A stretch of 61,950 nt of DNA, taken from the NCBI GenBank assembly GCA_030059675.1, contig JANVYQ010000008.1, forward strand, positions 1 through 61,950, written 5' to 3'. The translations under genes and the position numbers were made by a program. This stretch comes from Candidatus Pelearchaeum maunauluense (GTDB lineage: Archaea; Thermoproteota; Nitrososphaeria_A; Caldarchaeales; Caldarchaeaceae). Shown in pieces: positions 53,008 to 59,470 of the stretch. A model generated the notes under the pieces. That model did not search any database. It saw only the letters and a list, made by a program, of their open reading frames with translations, and was not told the DNA's origin. Position 1 is the stretch's first letter, and every line of letters begins with the position of its first letter.

Positions 53008-53295
53008 ATGAGGCTGTTAATTTTGGGTCTTGACGGGTTAGAATATAAGCTGGTTGAAAGATGGAACCTCGAAGTTTTCAAGCAAAAAGTCTACGGCAAG
53101 CATGACGTGTCGTTTTTCAGGAACATATTTACTTCGATAGTTTGGGCTAGCTTCTTACTGGGAGAGAATGCGGAAAAACTTGGATTCACGGTTGAAAGTC
53201 TTAGGGATAGACATGTACCACAGAAAGTCAGACCCTTGTGGAAACTACGGAGAAGGCTCATAAAAAGGAGTCTAGGCAGTTTCAAGCCCTTATAG
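53008..53295 (+). pseudogene. N-terminal fragment of an alkaline phosphatase/phosphodiesterase-superfamily protein
   Basis: LILGLDGL..TSIVWASFLLG; ends just before repeat copy 3. Confidence 0.6.
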
Positions 53296-53309
53296 GTAAT
53301 TCTATAATG

Positions 53310-53389
53310 GATGAACCCATGAGGAGCCCCGAGGCTGATGAATCCCAAGACCTACGCATGCCCATGAAAGACTACGCAGGTCAGAACCC
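53310..53389 (+). repeat. Dispersed repeat copy 3 (inverted relative to copies 1 and 2)
   Basis: Reverse complement of 10108-10187 with one mismatch. Confidence 0.85.
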
Positions 53390-53554
53390 GCACTTCTCAG
53401 GGTCGACCATCCTCTCCATCGTTCTCCTCTTCTTGTTTCTTGCTGCTCTCCTTAGCGGTGTCCCGCACTGCGGGCATCTTAGGGATTCTGTCTTCAGGTA
53501 CTCACAGCAGTGTGAGCAGTACCTGTATCCCTGGCTGTATGAGCTTCCTCCCAA
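53381..53554 (-). CDS. Small Zn-finger protein, 57 aa (not in ORF track)
   Basis: TTG start; GGSSYSQGYRYCSHCCEYLKTESLRCPQCGTPLRRAARNKKRR..; CxxC/CPxCG. Confidence 0.65.
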   Translation of the reverse strand: MGGSSYSQGYRYCSHCCEYLKTESLRCPQCGTPLRRAARNKKRRTMERMVDPEKCGF

Positions 53555-53612
53555 GCCCGCCTATCTCCACGCCTTTAACGCAGGTATATGAGCGTAGCGC
53601 CCGCCGCGCGTG

Positions 53613-54074
53613 CTAGCCAATCCTCGCGTATATATTCTTGGCGCGCTCCATTATCTGCTGCCTCTTCTCCTCGCGCGTGTCCATTATCCTGACCAGCCTG
53701 ATCGCGGCTGGGCATCTCCTCACCGTGTCAACCTGCTCTATGCCAGCCGCCATGAACGCGGCCTCCGCCCTGCTCGGCGAGACAGGTATCTCCAGCCTAC
53801 CGACAGTCTCGCCATCCCTATACCATATCTCCAGTCTGCACCTCCCCGCGCTTCCACGCTCCTGCATCTCCCCCAGCGAGTAGCCTGGGATAGCCGGCGC
53901 GTTGAACACGGCACCGTAGATATCCTCACGCCTAACATCCCTGCCCCTAACCCTCACCTCGAACACCAGCACCGTGTGATGCCCGTTCTTCCTAGCTATC
54001 CGCGGCATCGCCGCGTTAGCATGTGCGGAGCCTAGTATAAGCTCTAGGGGCCTCCCAAGCGTATATCCACGCAC
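53613..54074 (-). CDS. Hypothetical protein at the trailer end of CRISPR array 1
   Basis: 153-aa GC-rich ORF with no recognisable motif. Confidence 0.4.
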   Translation of the reverse strand: MRGYTLGRPLELILGSAHANAAMPRIARKNGHHTVLVFEVRVRGRDVRREDIYGAVFNAPAIPGYSLGEMQERGSAGRCRLEIWYRDGETVGRLEIPVSPSRAEAAFMAAGIEQVDTVRRCPAAIRLVRIMDTREEKRQQIMERAKNIYARIG

Positions 54075-54386
54075 CCCAATAATCTTTCAATTCCTTTTTG
54101 GATTTCTGATGCTCTGATATTATATGCTGGATGACCTCGTCTATTAGCGTCTTTCAATTCCTTTTTGGATTTCTGTTATTTTTATATTTTATACACGAGG
54201 TCCCAGTATCAGCTAAGACAACTCCACTAACAGCTAAAGTCCCGCCAATTCCACTATTCGCCAAGTGCAATGGAGCCATTTCTAAGCACATTTTATATCC
54301 CTCCTTGTTGAGCGGGTGTCAAATCTTCACTCCTTTTTGCTTTAAAAAATAAGGAGGGTTGAGCCATGTAGTAATGTGTCAAATCT

Positions 54387-54485
54387 TCACCCCTTTTCGC
54401 TGATGGATGTCACGCAGCATCCACAGCCGCACCAGCACGCATCCTCTTTCTTCTCTTTCTCAGCCCTTACTTTCTCTATCGGCAT
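54387..54485 (-). CDS. 32-aa Cys-rich, metallothionein-like peptide inside a giant spacer
   Basis: MPIEKVRAEKEKKEDACWCGCGCCVTSISEKG; GGTGA SD 5 nt upstream; divergent from hxlR. Confidence 0.65.
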   Translation of the reverse strand: MPIEKVRAEKEKKEDACWCGCGCCVTSISEKG

Positions 54486-54513
54486 GGCTGTCACCTGCGT
54501 AAATTATTTACAT

Positions 54514-54545
54514 TTGAAAGTATTTATACTTTCAAGAGGAAAGTA
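54514..54545. promoter_or_regulatory. Overlapping inverted repeats in the divergent promoter; candidate HxlR operator
   Basis: TTGAAAGTAT-TT-ATACTTTCAA and TACTTTC-AAGAG-GAAAGTA. Confidence 0.55.
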
Positions 54546-54575
54546 AAGAAAGTCACTTTACGGGGGGATAGTGAG

Positions 54576-54956
54576 ATGGAAAATAACATGCCATTCAAAT
54601 GCTCAATGGTGAAGAAACCCGGTGACCTTTGCCCATGCAGTCTGGAAGGCGTGATGAGCATTATTGGAAAGAAGTGGTCGATTCTCATAATTGGTACGTT
54701 AGGCAATCACAGGAGGCTAAGATACAACGAATTGCAGGAGAAATTGGGAAAGATCAGTCCTAAAACACTTACCGCAAGACTGAAGGAATTGGAGAGTATA
54801 GGGTTAGTAGGCAGACAAAGCTTTAACGAAATTCCTCCAAGGGTTGAGTATTTCTTGACTGAAGAGGGAGAAAAGTTGTTTAATTCGTTGCTCCCTCTTA
54901 TAAGATGGGCGATCGAAAGAGATCATAGATCTTTCAATTTCTTTTTGGATTTCTGA
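54576..54956 (+). CDS. HxlR/DUF24 (MarR-type) transcriptional regulator; C-terminus encoded by a CRISPR repeat
   Basis: CPC..IGKKWSILII..LRYNELQ..ISPKTLTARLKELE..PPRVEYFLTEEG; terminal SFNFFLDF comes from repeat 54931-54955. Confidence 0.92.
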   Translation: MENNMPFKCSMVKKPGDLCPCSLEGVMSIIGKKWSILIIGTLGNHRRLRYNELQEKLGKISPKTLTARLKELESIGLVGRQSFNEIPPRVEYFLTEEGEKLFNSLLPLIRWAIERDHRSFNFFLDF

Positions 54957-55073
54957 GACCCCATGTTTAGTTAAGAATGAAATGTTGTGTGAAATCTTTC
55001 AATTCCTTTTTGGATTTCTGGTACCATTAGGGGTATTGGCTTCATTTCACCACCTCCTTCTTAAAGAAAAAAA

Positions 55074-55211
55074 TTAGGGGGCTGGGACTGTTGCCTCGGC
55101 TCCCCATCCCCCCTCATACCAGCTGCCCCCGCATTCGGGGCAGATTTTCTCGCCGTATGGGCCTTCACGGGGTTTCACCCTCTGGCCGCAGTAGGGGCAT
55201 GGTTCCTTCAT
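55074..55211 (-). CDS. 45-aa Zn-ribbon protein inside the 204-bp giant spacer
   Basis: MKEPCPYCGQRVKPREGPYGEKICPECGGSWYEGGWGAEATVPAP; GGAGGGTG SD; T-tract after the stop. Confidence 0.7.
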   Translation of the reverse strand: MKEPCPYCGQRVKPREGPYGEKICPECGGSWYEGGWGAEATVPAP

Positions 55212-55524
55212 ATCTGCACCCTCCCTTTCAATTCCTTTTTGGATTTCTGCTAAACAAATAATTAACTTTCAACAACAACACGTTCACTTTCAATTCCTTT
55301 TTGGATTTCTGCTCAACCTCGTACACCACGCCCTCAAAAACAGTAATATTCTTTCAATTCCTTTTTGGATTTCTGTCACGTAGAATCTGTATATGCTGGC
55401 GAATGTGTTGATGTTCTTTCAATTCCTTTTTGGATTTCTGGAAGAGCATAGGCCGCGGGTAATACTAAGCGAGCCAGAAGTAAGCTTTCAATTCCTTTTT
55501 GGATTTCTGAGACGTCAGGTGGAG

Positions 55525-55599
55525 GGGGGCCTGAACACCAAGACATTTATTAGCTTATGGCTGGAGCTCCCATGCGCTATATCTTACGGCGCCTGCAAG
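55525..55599. repeat. Copy of the distal leader segment of array 2
   Basis: Matches 61661-61734 with one indel and one substitution. Confidence 0.9.
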
Positions 55600-55686
55600 T
55601 TAGCGACTTGAGCGCGTACGTGTATTTCCCAATAGTTGCCTGGCCGTTCTTCTCTAGACGCTCCACCAGCTGGGCTGGCGCCTGAT

Positions 55687-55839
55687 CTAGGAAGCACCAC
55701 TCGCCTGATCCTGATGGATAGGGCCTCCAGCTAACTCTGTCAAGCATAGCCTCGAGAGCATCCGCAGGTTCCTAAGCTCGCGTTCCAGCTCAGCTATCCT
55801 ATCGTCGACATACCTCAGGACATCCTCGTTTTCAGCCAT
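55687..55839 (-). CDS. Short coiled-coil ORF (50 aa), possibly truncated
   Basis: MAENEDVLRYVDDRIAELERELRNLRML.. Confidence 0.4.
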   Translation of the reverse strand: MAENEDVLRYVDDRIAELERELRNLRMLSRLCLTELAGGPIHQDQASGAS

Positions 55840-55880
55840 GCCGCATTACCCTGCACCTGCTACGGGCTCATATTAATGGG

Positions 55881-56177
55881 CTATGGCCTAAACGCCTCTC
55901 CTGTCCTGATGTTCCTCATCTCTATCCTTCCCCGCTTTTCGGCCAGAGCCACTACCGGCTCTGCGCCGGCCTTCTCCGCCAGCTCGAGAAGAGGCTCCAC
56001 CTCGCTGTACCTCACGTAGGCCCTGCTGTACTTGCACTCCACTAGGACGCTTCTACCCGCCTTCATGCATACGAGGTCTACTGGCTTGCTCCTCGCGCTT
56101 CTCACGACGACCCATCCCCTCTTCAGGAAAAGGTCTCTTACAATATACTCTAGGCGCCTGCCCTTCCTGTAGCTCAT
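55881..56177 (-). CDS. Holliday-junction-resolvase (Hjc)-like PD-(D/E)xK nuclease
   Basis: YRKGRRLE..GWVVVRSARSKPVDLV..LVECK. Confidence 0.85.
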   Translation of the reverse strand: MSYRKGRRLEYIVRDLFLKRGWVVVRSARSKPVDLVCMKAGRSVLVECKYSRAYVRYSEVEPLLELAEKAGAEPVVALAEKRGRIEMRNIRTGEAFRP

Positions 56178-56222
56178 CCATAGCTATTCACGCCGGGCTT
56201 GGATATAAGCAGGTGCGGCCTG

Positions 56223-58556
56223 CTAGCCGATGACTCCAACAACGTCGTGGACGAGCATGTTTGTCGAGCCTGACTCGTCGCGGAATATGCTGGCTCTCAC
56301 CCTGAGGACCCTGCCCTTCTTGATATAGTCGCGCGGGCCTGAGTACATTCCCGAGTCAAGCCTTGCTCTGAACCTGTCGTTTACTATCACTATCGCGTAG
56401 CCCGGTAGTATCTTCTCGACCTCTATGGTGTATATGTCTCCCTGCGCCTTCTTCGAGCTGCTTCTGACCGCTGCCTTGCTCATTATCCTGTTGCCGCTCC
56501 TTGTTATCGCCTCCTTCTTCTCTAGGTACTTCACCGCCTCCGCCACAACGTCGGGCTGGTACTCCTCGAGCTGCTCCAGCAGCTCGGCCTCGCTCACGCC
56601 CCTCGTGGAGCTCTTGAGGATGATCGTGTAAGCATCCTTGGCGCAGTGGTAAACATCCCTGAAGCTCGGGCCTGGCTTCCTGGCTTTCTGCCGGGGGCTC
56701 TCCACGGCGCGCGGCTCCTCAATCTCAATCACCTCCTCGCGCTGCGGCTCCTCCACCCGTATCGTCTCCCCAGCCGGGACGGCCTGTACCTCTATCTCAT
56801 GCTCCTCCGCGCGCCAGGGCCATGGCTCGCCTGCCGCGGGCTTTGGGCCGCGCCTCTCTAGCTTGATGCCCTCAAGCCTCTTGGCTACCTGCGTAAGGAC
56901 GCGCGTCATCTTCCTAGCCCGCTTGTAGCCCTCGCTGAAGTAGTACTCGTCCACCGTGCCCTGGGTGAGCAGTATCGTCACCTTTCCGGGTAGCCGCCTG
57001 CCCGTTCTCCCCCTTCTCTGTATGTATCTTATCCCCGATACCGCTGGCTCGTAGAATATGACGTATCCGCACTCCGGTATGTCCAGCCCCTCCTCGCCGA
57101 TGGCTGTTGCTGCGAGGATGTTGAACTCGCCCCTCCTAAACCTGTTCAGCGTGTTTATCTGCTCCTGCTGGCTCATCCTGGGGCCTGTCTTGCCCTCCGC
57201 CTTTCCGATGAACAGCTCAGCTCTGAGGCCCTTCTCGCGCAGCCTCTCGACGAGTATCTCCGCGGTGTGCCTGATGTTGGCGAACACCATTATCCTGTCT
57301 TCTGGCTTCTCCCTGAGGTGCTGGTCTATCAACGCGGCGATCACCTCCATCTTTGGGTGGTCTACCGCGCACCTCTCAGCCATCTCCACTAGCCTCGTGA
57401 AGTCAGGCGACCTGGCCAGCATCCTGTGGCTCTTGAGCTCGGACTTCTCCACCTCCCTAAGGTATTGGCGGAGGGAGTACACGTGCTGGCTCTCTACCAG
57501 CTCGAGCGCGTGGTATATGCTTAGTATTGTTGAGCATAGCGCCATGTAGTGCAGGTTCTCTCCCCTGACGCCCGAGTCTATCTCCGCTCTAAGCCTGGCC
57601 ATGAGCTGGACTATCACCTTCCTGTTGATGTTCTCTAGGGGCATCCTCAGCAAGCCGAGGCGCTGTAGCTCCTTCGCGCGCTCCTCTATCATCGCCTTGA
57701 CGTGCCTGCGTATGGACTCGTATTCTTCTGGGAGGCTTACCCTAACCCACTTCACCTGCACGCCCGGTATGTGCTCCGCAACCTCCTCGTCCTCCTCGGT
57801 CTTCCACGCTATCTCCTCTATCAGGAGGTTGCGGCATACCTCCATTACCTTGTCCTCCTCGCTTCCGGGGGATGCTGTGAGGGCGAGGATAAGCGGCCAC
57901 GGGCATCTCCTCGAATACTCTCCCGCGAGCCTGGTGTAGGCGTGTCTGTTCCTGCTTCTGTGGCACTCGTCGAAGACGAGCAGGGCAAACTCCTCAAGCG
58001 GCACGTATCCCCTGGCTAGGTCGTTCCAAACAGCCTGGGGCGTTGCGAAGAAAACCCTAACCCTGCTGTCCCTCCACTGCGATGGCCTCCTAGACGAGTC
58101 GCCTGTGATGACTGCTGTCTCCTCGCGCTCCAGCCTGAGGTGCTTGACGAAGCTCTCCCTATGCTGCGCCACGAGCGGCTTGGTCGGAGCCATCATCAAT
58201 ATCCTGCAGCCCGGGTAGCGGTGCAGCAGCTCGGCCGCGACCAGCTCTGCTATGACGGTCTTCCCAAGCGCGGTGGGCAGGACGACGAGGGTGTTCCTCT
58301 CGAGGCAGCGCTCGACAATATCCCGCTGGTAGCGCCTCTCCTCTATCGTCTCCGGCCTCACGAACGGGTGCTCAACAAAGCGTGCCCAGGCCTCCAGCCC
58401 CTGCTCCACCTTCACCTTCCTTATGTGCTTGCATTCTCCAGACCTGAACGTGAATGCGGGGCAGGTGCACCACCAGAGCCCCGCGTGGTCCAGCGTAACC
58501 GTGTATGTCTTGTGGGGCTCCGACTCGCTCTCGACCGGCCACTGCCTAACGCTCAT
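56223..58556 (-). CDS. Hef/FANCM(Mph1)-like SF2 helicase with N-terminal SWIM Zn finger and wHTH/OB-like C-terminus; no ERCC4 nuclease domain
   Basis: WWCTCPAF..CKH; LPTALGKT; APTKPL; FDECH; LTASPG; IGEEGLDIP; IQRRGRTGR. Confidence 0.9.
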   Translation of the reverse strand: MSVRQWPVESESEPHKTYTVTLDHAGLWWCTCPAFTFRSGECKHIRKVKVEQGLEAWARFVEHPFVRPETIEERRYQRDIVERCLERNTLVVLPTALGKTVIAELVAAELLHRYPGCRILMMAPTKPLVAQHRESFVKHLRLEREETAVITGDSSRRPSQWRDSRVRVFFATPQAVWNDLARGYVPLEEFALLVFDECHRSRNRHAYTRLAGEYSRRCPWPLILALTASPGSEEDKVMEVCRNLLIEEIAWKTEEDEEVAEHIPGVQVKWVRVSLPEEYESIRRHVKAMIEERAKELQRLGLLRMPLENINRKVIVQLMARLRAEIDSGVRGENLHYMALCSTILSIYHALELVESQHVYSLRQYLREVEKSELKSHRMLARSPDFTRLVEMAERCAVDHPKMEVIAALIDQHLREKPEDRIMVFANIRHTAEILVERLREKGLRAELFIGKAEGKTGPRMSQQEQINTLNRFRRGEFNILAATAIGEEGLDIPECGYVIFYEPAVSGIRYIQRRGRTGRRLPGKVTILLTQGTVDEYYFSEGYKRARKMTRVLTQVAKRLEGIKLERRGPKPAAGEPWPWRAEEHEIEVQAVPAGETIRVEEPQREEVIEIEEPRAVESPRQKARKPGPSFRDVYHCAKDAYTIILKSSTRGVSEAELLEQLEEYQPDVVAEAVKYLEKKEAITRSGNRIMSKAAVRSSSKKAQGDIYTIEVEKILPGYAIVIVNDRFRARLDSGMYSGPRDYIKKGRVLRVRASIFRDESGSTNMLVHDVVGVIG

Positions 58557-58885
58557 ATCTCCAGCGGCTCCTCTCCCTCCCCGCGCTCTCCCCTCGGATT
58601 AACCTGCTCAATAGTTTTCATGAGCTGCTCCAGCTTTGCGTCGTTGATGATAGCCCTGTAGTCGTTGAGATCATCCAGAGAGCGTAGTATTAGGCCGCGC
58701 CTCTTCTTCGTTTGGCCAGAGGAGTCCACCGGGTTGAGCTCCACAGCTATCTCCGCCGGGCGCGAGCCCTTCCTAGGGATTTTCAGGAGGAATACGCCGC
58801 TGAGAGAGGTCTTTCTACGCTCCCAATCCTTTCCAGACTCGAGGAAGCTCCTCAGCTTCTCGGCCAGGCTCAACCTCTTCAGCAC
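58553..58885 (-). CDS. Archaeal hypothetical protein, translationally coupled to the helicase
   Basis: KDWERRKTSLSGVFLLKIP..ELNPVD..KRRGL; stop overlaps the helicase start (ATGA). Confidence 0.8.
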   Translation of the reverse strand: MLKRLSLAEKLRSFLESGKDWERRKTSLSGVFLLKIPRKGSRPAEIAVELNPVDSSGQTKKRRGLILRSLDDLNDYRAIINDAKLEQLMKTIEQVNPRGERGEGEEPLEI

Positions 58886-58930
58886 CTACCACAGTAAAAG
58901 CGGCCCCAAGGATATATCCGTTCACGGCCT

Positions 58931-59308
58931 TTAGGCGATTAGCCTGCGCCTGCGCGCAGCATCCTCTCCAACGGCCATCCGAAGCATTCGGCGGAAAAGC
59001 TCTAGGACTCCCTCAACATCCACCTCGCTTGGCTTCTTCCTCATCTCCGCCAGCGCCAGCGCATCCTCTATCAAGCCAAGCGAATCCCTGAAGTATGCGA
59101 CGATTATCTTCGCCCGTGCCGTGGCGTGCCAGGGGTCTGAGACGCCGCGCCTAGCCTCCTCCAGAAGCCTCCTAAGCTCTTCCGCCAAAACAAGCCTACT
59201 AGAGCTGCCGACATATTCTCTAGCAGCTATCCTCGGGAGGAGGAAGAGCGCGGCTGAGGCAACTCCCTTTAGCTCGGCCAGCCCGCGCGCCTTCTCCGAC
59301 TCCAGCAA
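58931..59308 (-). CDS. Hypothetical helical protein
   Basis: 125-aa ORF; TATA-like TTATAT about 30 nt upstream. Confidence 0.5.
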   Translation of the reverse strand: MLESEKARGLAELKGVASAALFLLPRIAAREYVGSSSRLVLAEELRRLLEEARRGVSDPWHATARAKIIVAYFRDSLGLIEDALALAEMRKKPSEVDVEGVLELFRRMLRMAVGEDAARRRRLIA

Positions 59309-59470
59309 ACCCTCAACAGGAGATAGCGGCCCATATACGATATAAGCGTTCTAGGCTCTGTGTTAGCTTGTGGTTTGCTCTGCGGGCCGGCGCCCTCAAG
59401 GCTTATATATGCTCCGCATTTTTTGGAGGGGATGGGGTGTTTTGTCGTCTTCTCCTGTTCTGAGGCTTGG

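Larger units (their letters stand above)
54084..55509 (-). CRISPR. CRISPR array 1: 9 repeats, six normal spacers (37-44 bp) and two giant spacers (755 and 204 bp); proximal leader missing
   Basis: Repeat CTTTCAATTCCTTTTTGGATTTCTG at 54084, 54151, 54931 (1 mismatch), 54996, 55225, 55287, 55351, 55416, 55485. Minus strand ends in ATTGAAAG. Confidence 0.93.

Noticed and set aside
54529-54535. CTTTCAA in the hxlR promoter (also near 55266) as a degenerate CRISPR repeat
   Set aside because: Only 7 nt match; explained by the operator palindrome or by chance.
56223-58556. Calling the helicase Cas3 and the nuclease Cas4
   Set aside because: Helicase motifs are Hef/Mph1-type with no HD domain; the nuclease lacks the Cas4 Fe-S cysteines and is Hjc-like.
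55510-59470. Treating the 4-kb helicase cluster as a fourth giant spacer
   Set aside because: It lies between repeats but contains a leader remnant beside array 1, so two separate arrays is the simpler reading.
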